The notes: generated by a model from the sequence alone, not told the origin. A stretch of 63,090 bases of DNA, filler included, from Basidiobolus ranarum (GCA_040143965.1; 23 parts of 23 records of this genome joined end to end with filler, not necessarily neighbours in it); one strand, 5' to 3'; counted from the first letter of the whole stretch, positions 1-11,849 are shown. Made by a program: numbers and translations.

Positions 1-189
1 CACTAGCACCTACAGAACACCAAGCCTAGCTGCCTAGCAAACCTACTCTCTATTGTAACATAGCAACCCACTGCTATTCCCAAGACATATATTAGTTAGA
101 TCTGCTCTGCTGATATATCCTGCTTACAACAGTTGTAAGATCCTGCACTTAACTGCTTCTTTGGTATGGTAAAGTTCAAGTCTTTTTAT

Positions 190-700
190 ACACTTTTCTC
201 TTGGACATAGCACCTGGTCTTCTAGCACCATTTGCATCTGGAACTTCCAATGATGAAAGTATTCACCATCAAATTTCTCTGTGGATGCAAAAAAGCTGGT
301 AATAGTACTGGTAGACATTCCCTTAACAGCTAGCTTGGAGCCCATAACCTGATAAAAGTGTTTAGGGGACCTCAAAGTGTTGTTGACAAGATTTGGACTT
401 GTGAGTTAGACACCTAAGTTTTATTGAATTAAATATGTCCTATTTATAGTTTACTATGAAATACGGCTATTGGATGTCCTAAATCATAATAAACATGCCT
501 GTTGAACATGGGTGAAAATTTGAGGTGATTTAGAGAATACTTGAAAAAATAGTGAAAATTGATAAAATTGATCTAATTGATATTTGTATTAATTAGAGCA
601 ATCAAGACATGTTTTTGAATGACAAAATTGAGAACTAAATAATCAGAATATGAAAAAACCCACTACCATGTAATGAGTTGCTGTTTACCTGATTTTAACA
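190..700 (-). mobile_element. Ty1/copia 5' end: LTR family A (350-700), PBS GGTTATGGGCTC, gag N-terminus
   Basis: On the minus strand TGTTAAAATC...CACTTTTATCA (351 bp), immediately followed by GGTTATGGG and the gag motif EKFDGEYFHHWKFQMQMVLE. Confidence 0.88.
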
Positions 701-1399
701 GATCTACAGTCTGTGGTTTGTCACAGAATGCTGCATATGCATAGACATCCTTGTTGGAAGTGTACCACCAGTCCTCCCGCTTGTTTCTCCTTCTGCACAA
801 TCTTCTAGGTCCCAAATCATCCGCTGATGTGATTGGGGTGGCAACTTTGTCAAACACTCACTGAATAATGCTGACTGTGCTTTCTGAATCAAGATTTGTG
901 ATTTGAGATGTAAAATTTGCCTTTTCATCAGAAGTCATATTTTTGCAACCAATGTCAGTTCTATTTTTTAGTGTCAAACACTTTGTAGACTTTAGATCAA
1001 CAATGGTAACCAAGTAATATGAATTTGATTCCCTTAATTCCTTATTCAAAGGCCTGGCCTTAATATATTCCATTGCTCATAACTCTTATCTGGACACTAG
1101 GTTAATTCTGAGGTCCTCACACTCACCAGGTAGGCTTCTGTGAGATGTCATCACTATATTATCTTCACTTTGAGGTGCTCTAATAGATGAGGGCTCATAT
1201 GCCATTGCTTGGTTTAAAATCCTATGAATAGCTATTGAATCACCTAGATTTATTGCAATTGAGAATTGTTTACAGCTGAGCTTTTGCCTATTAGCTTGAA
1301 TTTCTGTCTTGTAGAGTTTTCAACTGTTTTCCCAGCATTGATGTTTTGGCTGGTGGCATGTGCCTCCATTTTGAGTCTCTGAGATGAAGATAAAGGGTA

Positions 1400-2045
1400 G
1401 ACAGTGATAGTCCTCACCATCAAACTTATCTGTTGATAAAAAATGTCGATAATAGTGCTGATAGGCATTTTCTCAACAGCTAGCTTGGGGCATATAATCT
1501 GATAGAAGTGTTGAGGAGATAAGCAATTATTTTGGACTAGATTAGGAATTGTGAAACAGACACTTGCGTTTTATTATATAGAGTATGACTTATTTACAAT
1601 TTACTATAAAACAGAGTTGTTGGATGAGCTTAATCCTGACAAACAAGCCTGTAAAGCACTGTGATAGTATAAGATGAATGATGAAAGTGTTAAAGGGATT
1701 GAGAAGTGTTTTGAACAAGATTTGGGTTGGTGAGTTAGACACTTAAGCTCTGCCAAATTGAATATGCCCTATTCACAGTTTAGTATGATATTAAACTATT
1801 GGACATGCTTAGATCATAACCAACATGTCTGTAAAGCATGGGTGAGATTATGAAGTGATTTGGGGAAGTTTTTAGAAAAAAGTGAAAATTGGTAAAAGTA
1901 ATATGGTTGGTATTTCTATCAATTAGTGCAATAGATGTAGATTTTTAGATGTCTAAACCAAGTGCCAAATATTCAGCATATGAATATAGTAAATACCAAA
2001 TAATGAGCTGCTACTTATCCAATTTCAATATTCCCACTCAACTAT
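1400..2045 (-). mobile_element. Ty1/copia LTR-A tandem remnants: partial LTR 1500-1679 with degenerate PBS/gag start, 3' LTR 1680-2030 with PPT
   Basis: Homologous to 350-700. The PPT AGTTGAGTGGGAA lies on the minus strand at 2031-2043. Confidence 0.8.
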
Positions 2046-2059
2046 TATTTTGCATTGTA

Positions 2060-2657
2060 GCATATACATCAAAACAATTCAAAATAGAAACTTATCTTAG
2101 CACTATGTGTGGATGACTTGATTTTAGCCACATATGATCTAGAAGCACTAATTCAGATGAAAACCTGCTGCTCAAACCAATTTCATTTGACTGATTTGGG
2201 TGAAATAGGTTACTTGCTTTGAATCCAAATTACAAGAGATAAACCCAATCAGAAAGTCATGCTCAATCCATCTATGTGCATCCTAGAAGTCCTGAAATGC
2301 ATCAACATGGATGGATTCCAATGTGCAATTAATCAAAACTGCATCCAATTTGGCCCAAAAGAACTCAAATCAAAGCCAGGAGTTCCCTTTTGAATCCATG
2401 GTGGGCAGTTTAACATATTCAATGGTTGGAACATGTCCAGAAATTGCTGTTGCAGTGGGAACTGTTAGCCATTATCTCTGAACAACCAAGATCTGAGCAC
2501 AAATCTGCAGTAAGAAAAATATTCGGGTATTTACAAGGAATGGCAGTTCTAGTTCATGAATATTCTGGTACTCCCAATGCACAAAAGTTTGAAGGCTACA
2601 GTGATGCAAACTAGGGAGGAAACCTTGATGACAGAAGATCTATAACTTGAAACACTC
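2060..2657 (+). pseudogene. Ty1/copia reverse transcriptase/RNase H remnant
   Basis: Frameshifted motifs LALCVDDL, TDLGEIGYLL, SMVGSL, KFEGYSDAN. Confidence 0.85.
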
Positions 2658-2757
2658 NNNNNNNNNNNNNNNNNNNNNNNNNNNNNNNNNNNNNNNNNNN
2701 NTTAATTAATTAANNNNNNNNNNNNNNNNNNNNNNNNNNNNNNNNNNNNNNNNNNNN
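2658..2757. other. Artificial contig spacer N44-TTAATTAATTAA-N44, first of 22 (others start at 5414, 8170, 10925, 13679, 16433, 19186, 21939, 24692, 27445, 30195, 32943, 35690, 38436, 41181, 43925, 46669, 49409, 52148, 54886, 57622, 60357)
   Basis: Identical 100-nt block with stops in all six frames. The segments between spacers never increase in length (2657 down to 2634 bp). Confidence 0.99.
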
Positions 2758-5413
2758 TATGTAGTAATCAATTCTGTTATTCAAAAAGGTGTGTTTATTG
2801 CTCTAATTGATAGAAATATCAATTAGATCACTTTTACCAATTTTCACTATTTTCTCAAAACTTCTCCACATCACCTCCAATTTTCACCCATGCTTAACAG
2901 GCATGTTTGTTATGATCTAAGCACATCCAATAGTCCTATTTCATAGTAAACTACAAATAGGACATATTCAATTCAATAAAACTTAAGTGTCTATTTCACA
3001 AATCCAAATCTTGTCCAAAACACTTCCAAATCTCTAAAACACTTTTATCACTGTCAACATTTCTATAATCAAAAAAACTGGTCTAAGAAACTCAAAACTG
3101 ACATAAACAAGAAGGTGCATATGGGAGATGACTGGCTACTAGAAGCTCTGCAAGTGGGGGATATTGAAGTGGATCTTGGGGGTATCTCTGGGGATATGTA
3201 TTTGAAACTGAAAAATGTGCAATATGTGCCTGGGATAGGAAAAAATTTGTTATCAGTGAGTAAAGCTCCATCTGAGGGATATAGCTTTGATTTTGATCAA
3301 AATTGCTATGCAATCAGGGTTCAAAAAGGAAATTACATAGCTTCTGGAGCTAAGCAAAATAACGTGAATGAACTTCTTTATATTAGGCCAGTATATGAGC
3401 AAGTTAATACTGCCTCAGCTGAAGAGATAGACTGGAAAATCTGGCATAAGAGATTGGGTCATCTAGGATCTGAAAATATGAGATATTTATTGACAAACAG
3501 GATGGTTTTGGAACTACATTTCTTAATTCCTCCACAACTGGAGCTATGTGAAGGTTACCTATATGGCATGCAACACAAACAGCTATTTGTGGGCTCTGGA
3601 ATGAGCAAAATTGATCATAAATTGGGCCTGATACACTCAGATCTGGGTGGCTCAATGCAGACAAGATCCTTAGGTGGAAAAAGGTACTTTATGACCTTTA
3701 TTGATGATGAGAAAAGAATACTTGGGTGTACTTTCTGGCTGGTTAGGATGAAGCCTTTGATATCTTCAACAAATTCAAAGCAATGGGGGAGATTAAAACA
3801 GGTCTTAAGACTAAGATTTTCCATACTGATAAAGGTCGAGAATATACTTCAAAACTCTTCTCTAACTTCTGCTCAACACATGGGATAAAACCACAAACTA
3901 CATTACCATCTTCCTCACAGCAGAATGGAGTGACAGAATGTGCAAACAGATCAAAAATGGAAAAGCAAGATCAATGCTTCATGATCCAGATTTACCAAAA
4001 CAATTCTGGGCTGAATTGGTTGCAACTGCAGTATATATTAGGAATAGATGTCCATCTAGGTCTCTATTGGCTATGATATCTTATCAAGCTTGGTTTGGAA
4101 GTGAACCTGATGTGGCTAATCTCAGAGTTTTTTGAAGTACTGCATATGCAATGATTCCAGACTTGAAGAGATTAAAATTAGACCAAAAAAGCCAGAAATC
4201 TCTTTTTTTGGGATATTGCAATGGAACAAAAGGGTACAGACTATACAACACTGAAAAAAGAGGCCAATCAAGTCAGGGGATGTGGGATTTGCTGAAGAAG
4301 AACAGTCTTTAATCAAAACAATCCTGGATCAAGAAAACAACCCAAAATTGCTGAAAATATTTCTTTTCTCACCAGATCCTGATTAGTGAGAAAAACATTG
4401 AAAATTCCTCACCCGCAGTCTTCTCAATCAAGCCTGAAGTAGTTTCATTGCCTAAATTGGTACCAGAAGTTGTATGCCAGTTCCCCATCTTGGGAGATCC
4501 AATTGGATGAGATCTCCACCTAATTACTAGCCACACACTAACCAAAGGGAGCCAAGTGCTAATTTAGCCTTTTCTGATGAACCCAAATCATTACAGGAGG
4601 CTATGGAGAATCCCAACACAAAGTTTTGAAGTGCTGCAATGGCAGAGGAGTATTAGTCTCTCATAGATAACAAAAGTTGGACTTTGAGTAAGTTAATGAT
4701 GACCAAAAATCAATTGGATTCAAATGGGTACTTAAAGTTAAACAGCAGGCTGATAGATCTGTAGAAAGATATAAAGCCAGACTTGTGGCCAAAGGATACT
4801 CTCAAATGAAAGTAGTGGACTACAATAAAGCATTTGCTCCTGTAGCAAAGTTTAATTCGATCAGAACCATACCAGTAATAACAGCAATACCTAGCTTAAA
4901 AATCCATCAAATGGATGTTAAAGCTGCTTTTTGAATGGGGACTTGGAAGAGGATATATTCATGGATCAGCCAGATGGTTTTGTGGATCCTGAGTACCCTA
5001 AGGATGTGTGTAAGCTTCAAGAACCACTTTATGGACTTAAACAACCACCCAGGGCCTGGTACACTAAGCTAGACACATACTTGGAATCAATTGATTTTCA
5101 AAAGAGTATGCGGATTTTGGGATCTACTTTGAGACAGATAAGGACAGTAAGGTGATACTGCCTTATATGTAGATGATCTATTTATAGCTGATAAAAGTGT
5201 TTAGGGGATTTGGAAGTGTATTAGACAAGATTTGGATTTGTGAATTAGACACTTGATTGTATTGAATTGAATCTGTCCTATTTATAGTTTACTAGGAAAT
5301 AAGACTATTGGACATGCTTAGATCATAACAAACATGCCTGTTAAGCATGGGTGAAAATTTGAGGTGATTTGGAGAAGTTTTGAGAAAATAGTGAAAATTG
5401 GTAAAAGCAATCT
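2758..5413 (+). mobile_element. Ty1/copia pol remnant (protease end, GAG-pre-integrase, integrase, RT 5' half) between a plus-strand LTR-A (2758-3050) and a minus-strand LTR-A (5189-5413)
   Basis: Motifs [71 protein letters not shown] in IN-before-RT order. Many stops and frameshifts. Confidence 0.93.
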
Positions 5414-5513
5414 NNNNNNNNNNNNNNNNNNNNNNNNNNNNNNNNNNNNNNNNNNNNTTAATTAATTAANNNNNNNNNNNNNNNNNNNNNNNNNNNNNNN
5501 NNNNNNNNNNNNN

Positions 5514-5836
5514 CTATAAATAGGACATATTCAATTCAATAAAACTTAAGTGTCTAATTCACAAATCCAAATCTTGTCCAAAACACTTCCAAATCCCCTA
5601 AACACTTTTATCACTTGGATCATAACAAACATGCCTGTTAAGAGTGCATGAATATTTGAGGTGATTTGGCCAAGTTTTGAGAAAATAGTGATATTTGATA
5701 AAAGTGATCTGATTGATATTTCTATCAATTAGAGCAATAAACACAGGTTTTTGAATGACAGAATTGAGTGCTAAAAAATCAGAATATGAATATACTAACT
5801 ACTAAGTATTGAGTGGTTATTTACCTAATTTCAACA
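5514..5836. mobile_element. Two LTR-A fragments in opposite orientation
   Basis: 5514-5613 matches the LTR-A 3' end on the plus strand. 5617-5836 matches the LTR-A 5' part on the minus strand, ending TTTCAACA. Confidence 0.8.
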
Positions 5837-6872
5837 ATAACTGCAATAACTTTAGGGTTGTGTGAGACTGTCAAAGGGTGCAATGACCACATTTGAATAT
5901 TTCTGGGATGTATTGTCATATGGATCTGTCTGTTGCCTCTTGGGTCTTTGTGAAAGTGTATCAATCCTCTAGAAATGTCCAAGGACTGATAAACTACAAT
6001 ACATTCCTGAGCTATTTGTTGAATAATATGCTGGGATCTGATAAAAGGCTATACTGGCTTCAACATCCTTTCAGAATGATCAGATAAAAAGAGTATATCC
6101 AATCAAAAACAACTGTAAGCTTGGCCAGCAAAGTCTTGAACAAGAATGCAACGTTAGTGAGTTATCCAAAGACATGAAAAGTTCTTTCCCATTCAAACAA
6201 AGCTAGGGAAAAACATATAAAGTATCAGAGATTCAAACCCTCCCCCTCTATACTTCCATTGAGCTAGCCAGTCCTTTTTAGTCAAACAGTAGACTGTAGC
6301 TGTCTCAAGTAGTCTCTGTTGAGCTTCCTCTTCAAAGGTCTTGTAAGCAGTGATGAAAACAAGGGGTGAGCACAAATTGAAATATTAGTTGAGGACCAGT
6401 ATGCTTTTGTTGAAACACATGGCTCTGATTTATACTTTTATGAAGTTAGAAGTGACACCTGATCAAAATTTTGGAGAGTGTGAGAGAATTCCTTAGATGG
6501 GGACCTGGGAATATAATATCATCCTAAATTGTAAGACTGGTAATTCATGGGATATTTGGGAAGATTGTAGTATAGTCCAGATAGTCATGCAATATTCTAG
6601 CAAACTCAAGTTTTGATTGGTTAAAGTGCAGTCAATCATCAAATATTCCAACAATCTTGTGGAACATTGCAGCAGATTGCAGAAATTTCCAGCAAATAAT
6701 GGGGCTAACATGGATTAATACTGATGAATCTCAAATGATAGGGTTTAGTACCAACAGTGTGATATGAATGGCTAGAAAACTGGGGTAGGTCAAAGATGGA
6801 TAATAAAATAGAAATGTTAATTAGTATTGATTTGAGCTTGGAAATCAGTCAACCTGCCAAGGTGTAGCAACA
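5837..6872 (-). mobile_element. Truncated copy of a ~1.1-kb LTR-like repeat (family E)
   Basis: Collinear with 53705-54795 over about 1 kb. CpG-poor and non-coding. Confidence 0.7.
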
Positions 6873-7052
6873 CTATCACACTATACTGTCAGGACCATTA
6901 CCTTCCAAAATACCTACTTTACCTGGTAATGAATACACCTCTGTAGACAATTTGGATATAATGGCTACAATAAGGGAATCACAGGCAGTCTACCATTATG
7001 AAATGCACACATATATACAAAAAGATGAGGGAGTTTCTATGAAGGCTACAAC

Positions 7053-8169
7053 AGTCACAATGAGGAACTGGACTAGGACTGGCAACAGAGACAACAGGCT
7101 AGAAAGCAGGAGGGTACTTGGGTGTGGATCACCAGGCAAGATAAGACAAGACTGGACAGGGAAGATACTTGCACAAGAATCTTTATTAATAACTTAAATT
7201 GACCAAACTCTGGTCTGCTCAAGGAAAACAAGGATCCTACATAGATATTGCAGAGTGAAACATAATGTACTGAATTGGAAATATACTGGGGCAAGTTCAA
7301 GTGTTGGGGTGATTGAGAATACAAGGACCAATACAAAGAGGGACAATGTAAGAATGATTATGTGACCATAAATGGACAGTCTTGGCAGAAATACACTATT
7401 TGTGGGATGACATGATTGGTTTGGTTGGATGGAATATTCCAAAGAACATGACTTCCATAGAAGGTAGCCTGGATGAACTAGTAGAAGATTGCCAGGAGAG
7501 GATGGCATAGCAGATATGATGTCATAGCTGAATATTAGAAGAATTCCATTTGCATTGAGTCAGTATGCCAAAATTGGAATCACAATTGTATCCCCCACCT
7601 TTGGTAATGGCTTCTGCACATCATGGGTCAGGTTTGCCTGGGTAAGCTTCATAAAACTCCTAGCAAAGCTCTTTAGAGTTTGGAAGATTTTTTGCTGGCT
7701 CCTGTGAATCATCACTTGTTGAGTTTCCTTCCAGTCCACTCTATATTTCAATTAATGTGAATAAATTCTGGAATATAGAATTTTGCTAATTTCATATGCA
7801 GAGTGTTCTTCTACTTGGATTGCTGGACTGAGTCAATAGATTGGCCATTGAAGGTTTTGCTGGAATGTGGCCCTAGGAGATACACATGGAATGCGTTGTG
7901 GACTCTATAATGGTCCAGCAGTTGCATAGTGGAAGGCTGTTGAATTGATTTGCTTGATAATCTCAAAAAGCCATAGTCTTTTATGATTAAGTCTCTCACA
8001 GGGTGTAGTGGTCTTTATATTTTTTGGATTAGCCATTCACAATTGCTGGCTTGATATCTGGGTTTGGCTGTCTTTATTTATCAGCAAAGTTCTTAAATTG
8101 GGATTGAGCATGCTGAACTTGGGTATTAATTGTTCATGGATGTAATTGAGGAAAGTGGCATGATCTGAA
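7053..8169 (-). mobile_element. Ty3/gypsy chromovirus 3' end: integrase C-terminus, chromodomain, PPT, LTR family F (~7053-7584)
   Basis: VHNAFHVYLL, then a frameshifted LKYRVDWK...QEPAKNLPN...EFYEAYPGKP, then PPT AAGGTGGGGGA. The LTR end is shared with 38346-38435. Confidence 0.82.
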
Positions 8170-8269
8170 NNNNNNNNNNNNNNNNNNNNNNNNNNNNNNN
8201 NNNNNNNNNNNNNTTAATTAATTAANNNNNNNNNNNNNNNNNNNNNNNNNNNNNNNNNNNNNNNNNNNN

Positions 8270-8540
8270 TTTTATCACAGTAAAGGTCAAGAGATTTCAT
8301 AAAGTTTGGACTTGTAGGATCCACCGTAAATCCATCTACAAGCTTACCACCGGTACTCTGTTAAACGAAATAACATTTTTTAAAAATAAAGTATGAATAC
8401 AGATATACATTGATCTGGAATATATTCTATACCAAACTGCATTTCTCAATGCATTCACCATTTCTTTCGAAAGGAAACTCAGTTTGCCCTGATACCAATG
8501 TAGCGACGATGACGGGGAAGAGAGTAGAAGACAGATGCAT
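8270..8540 (-). CDS. Secreted Cys-containing protein, 5' part (exon 1 8540-8433, 75-nt intron, exon 2 8357 to contig end); absent from the ORF track
   Basis: Spliced translation MHLSSTLFPVIVATLVSGQTEFPFERNGECIEKCSL/STGGKLVDGFTVDPTSPNFMKSLDLYCDK. Phase-0 GT..CAG intron, and TATAAAA about 45 bp upstream. Confidence 0.8.
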
Positions 8541-9229
8541 GGCGGATTGTTCGAATGTTTCAGTTCAGAGTGAGGTAGGATACTTTTATACTTTCAAGTA
8601 TGACTATTCAGCCATTTACAGTGTACTTTTGTAGCTCTTAGTGAAGGTTTCAAGTTTTGTGTTACCCATTTCGCGACGTTGGTACTTCAAAACCTTGACA
8701 AATGTTGATAGTTATCAGATGGGGATTAATGGCACATTACACTGACAAATGACTTTACCTTATGGAGTATATTATCTGAAAATACTATATCTAGCTGCTT
8801 TTGTGCTTAAAAACTACGTGAAAATTAGTTACACCACATTAAATACCTCGGTAGTGCCATGGTGCTACCCCACCAGTTAGTAATGGAAGGGGCTGGTTGA
8901 GTCATACTGTGTTGCCTTATATTGTTCTTCCACAGAGTGAAATATACAATTCGTGCTTAATTTGGATCGAAGCTTTTGTGGTGATAATATTTGGAATTGC
9001 AAATATCGATGTGAAGTAATAAAAAAGTTAAATCACGTGATTCTAAGCGAGGCATATACATACTGTGTTTTTATTGTAATTAATGATTCACAACAAGCAA
9101 GTTGGCCATTTGTTACTACTGGTTATTAGTGCTAAATTGGCAAAGAGCTTATCAAGCATATCGTTTGTCTCATCGCCAGTAGTGTATTCTACATATTCCA
9201 ACTATGTACAAGTCATCTATATTGCGACA

Positions 9230-10100
9230 AAATGTGGTTCATAGCCAGTAACTATTCACACACAGTGCTATCTGGTATGTTTAACGACAAAAAAGTAGTT
9301 AGCGAGTAAACTTAAGCGTATCTAGTAACCAAACATCTTCCGGCACATATTTTGATTAGGCGTTCAGAATGAATGAGTAACTAACCACCCGCATTGTGGC
9401 TGGGCGTATTTAACAACCAGTAGATATCCACAGATTGTCTGAAGGCGTGTTTGACGGTAAGGAATCATTTAACAAGTAGACTTGGGCATATTTAATAGCC
9501 AAGTATCTTACAACATATATTTTAATTAGGCGCCAAAAACTACCAAGTAACTAACCACCCACATTGTGCCAGGGCGTATTCTATAGCAACTAACTATCCG
9601 CACACTGGACTTTAATCATATTTAATAATCAAATATCCTACGATACAATATCAACGTAACTGGTCACTCTTACTATGACTGTATGCACTTCAAAGCCAGT
9701 GGCTTTTCATACATAGTCCTACGTGGTATGTTTCAAGATAGAAAAACCATTGGTGAGTGGACATGCTTATCTAATATCCAAATATATTGTCATCATACAT
9801 ATTTTGATTAGGCGTATATAATAATCAAGTACTAACCACCTACATTGTGGTTGGGCGTATATTATAGCAAGTAACCATCCATGCACAGTTCTTTGTTACG
9901 CGTTAAACTACAAAGAATCAACCAGCAGGTAAACTTTAAACTGTAGAATATCTTATAGCCAAGTCTTATTTTGATTAAGCACTTATAATAGTCAAACATC
10001 TAGCCACCCACATTGTGCTTGGGCGTACTCGGTAGCCAGTAACTAGGTACAAATACTACGTTATGGCACGTATGACAACTACGAGGCGAGCAAACCTTAA
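9230..10100. repeat. Degenerate higher-order tandem array (~170-bp unit of four ~42-bp related subunits)
   Basis: TTT(G/A)ATTA(G/A)GC at 9351, 9521, 9803 and 9970, each followed by TA(A/G)CCACCYRCATTGTG...GGGCGTA. Confidence 0.85.
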
Positions 10101-10134
10101 TGATTATATTACGTAAGCTTTTTCTTGAGAGTGC

Positions 10135-10143
10135 TATATAAAG
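10135..10143 (+). promoter_or_regulatory. TATA box of the small secreted peptide gene
   Basis: TATATAAAG about 70 bp upstream of the ATG at 10210. Confidence 0.6.
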
Positions 10144-10209
10144 AGGCGTATTTTCACTATTCTAAATAATTATAACATCTTGACTTACTCAAAACAACTT
10201 TAGGCAAAT

Positions 10210-10392
10210 ATGCATATTCCTATCGCTGGCATTATCTTGGTGATTCTATCCATTGGAATGGTATCAGCTGGAAACAATAGTCACTACAAAGACTGCCGCA
10301 AGACTGGCTGCCACAAAGGGTACAAGTGTAAAAATGTCAACAAATGCCATAACCGCAAAGGACATTGCCCAGTCAAATATGAATGCAGATAA
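10210..10392 (+). CDS. Small secreted cationic 6-Cys peptide (defensin/antimicrobial-like candidate)
   Basis: 20-aa signal peptide ending VSA. The 40-aa mature peptide has the pattern Cx4Cx5Cx5Cx6Cx5C with 8 K + 3 R versus 2 acidic residues. TATA box upstream. Confidence 0.8.
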   Translation: MHIPIAGIILVILSIGMVSAGNNSHYKDCRKTGCHKGYKCKNVNKCHNRKGHCPVKYECR

Positions 10393-11024
10393 TGAATGCA
10401 GATAACCATCTATCTTGAAAGAATTTCTTCGTTTACTTTTCTTTGCAACTGGGTGTTTTCCTTGATATTTATTTGTTCAAATATATAAAAAATTCTTTTG
10501 TTAACGAATTTCCTACTCTCATAATTGACTGACCATTTTTAGTATCATTCATATTACTGAATCTGAGATCGTAGAGTTTGATCGATGATTACTAGCATAT
10601 TGGGCCTCACTGTAACGTGTTGACTCCTCATTTACGTGATTGAACAAGTGAGTTTTATCAGTTGTAGCAAAGGACTCTTACGGGAATTACAGTTATGGCA
10701 CTTGCCAACTCATACTTCTTTGCTACATCATTAAGATGATTAAAGGAAACAAATTCTACTCAATCAAGTCAGACTTTCTTAAAACCTTTCACATACTTAG
10801 GTACTAATGGTTAATTTTTAGCCACATTTTTGACTAATGGACATCTCATATATCGTACACAGATAAAACTTGTACACAGATAAAACATTCGGGCTAAAAG
10901 CGCATTAGACTATCTTGGTTAAGCNNNNNNNNNNNNNNNNNNNNNNNNNNNNNNNNNNNNNNNNNNNNTTAATTAATTAANNNNNNNNNNNNNNNNNNNN
11001 NNNNNNNNNNNNNNNNNNNNNNNN

Positions 11025-11849
11025 ATACTTGTGTGGCAGGCTATTCAGGACTGTAACTATGATATCTTGTTCAATTGTAGGTACTCCAATGCAATCCATT
11101 TCATCTACTAAAATAGTAACTCTATTAATTAGTGATTTAATATCTTCTCCAGGCTTCATCTTTAAGTTAAAGAACTGTCTTCTTAGAAGCCTCTTGTTGG
11201 CAACAGAACTTGTTTGATAGATGTCTTCCAAGGCTTTCCATACCTTCCTGGCAGTTTTAGCTCATAAACATTGAATTAGCAATTTGTTCTTTTTTAACCT
11301 GGAGTAAAACTTTGGCTTCAGATAGTTTTGCATTGTTTTCTTCTCTTACAACAGTGTCCCAAAGTCCTTTTTTGTGCAGCAACATTTTCATTTTAATATT
11401 CCAAACTTGATATTTAATTACATCCAATTTTTCAGAGGAGGGAATAGTTCCCTACATTTGGGAAGTAGATATTATGGAGAGTGCAAGCTTGGGGCTTGTA
11501 ACCTGTTAAAATATTTGGGAGCCTATTGGAAGTGGTTTGGAGAATTAGAGATATCAGTAATTTTCACTTATTGATTTATTGAGTGAAAGTTAACATTTAT
11601 AGTTTTGTCAAGATGTAGACAAACTAACATGTAGAATGGGGAAGAAAGGTCCCAGGCATATGTGTGCAAAGTTTGGGGCTTCTGGCACAAGTCTGACAAA
11701 TCCATATATCTGAGAACTTCTAAATTGGTAAAGATATTCTAAGTAAATTCCAATTGAGAATAATGGAAAATATCATAGTGAATTATAAGATAACTGGGTA
11801 CTAAGCTATATATGACAATATAGGTGTTTAGGCAATGCTAATTTCAAAA
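11025..11849 (-). mobile_element. Ty1/copia 5' end: LTR family C (11504-11849), PBS, gag
   Basis: Gag motif LLRRQFFNLKMKPGEDI...VLNSLPHKY. The LTR ends TTTAACA followed by GGTTACAAGCCCC. Confidence 0.88.

Noticed and set aside
2658-2757. Regularly spaced TTAATTAATTAA palindromes every ~2.75 kb, and any gene neighbourhood across them
   Set aside because: Artificial six-frame-stop linker within N padding between size-sorted contigs.
9230-10100. CRISPR-like repeat-spacer array
   Set aside because: The units are degenerate, the intervening parts are themselves homologous, the context is eukaryotic and there are no cas genes.
10855-10887. Tandem duplication of GTACACAGATAAAAC (17-bp period)
   Set aside because: Isolated slippage-type duplication with no supporting context.
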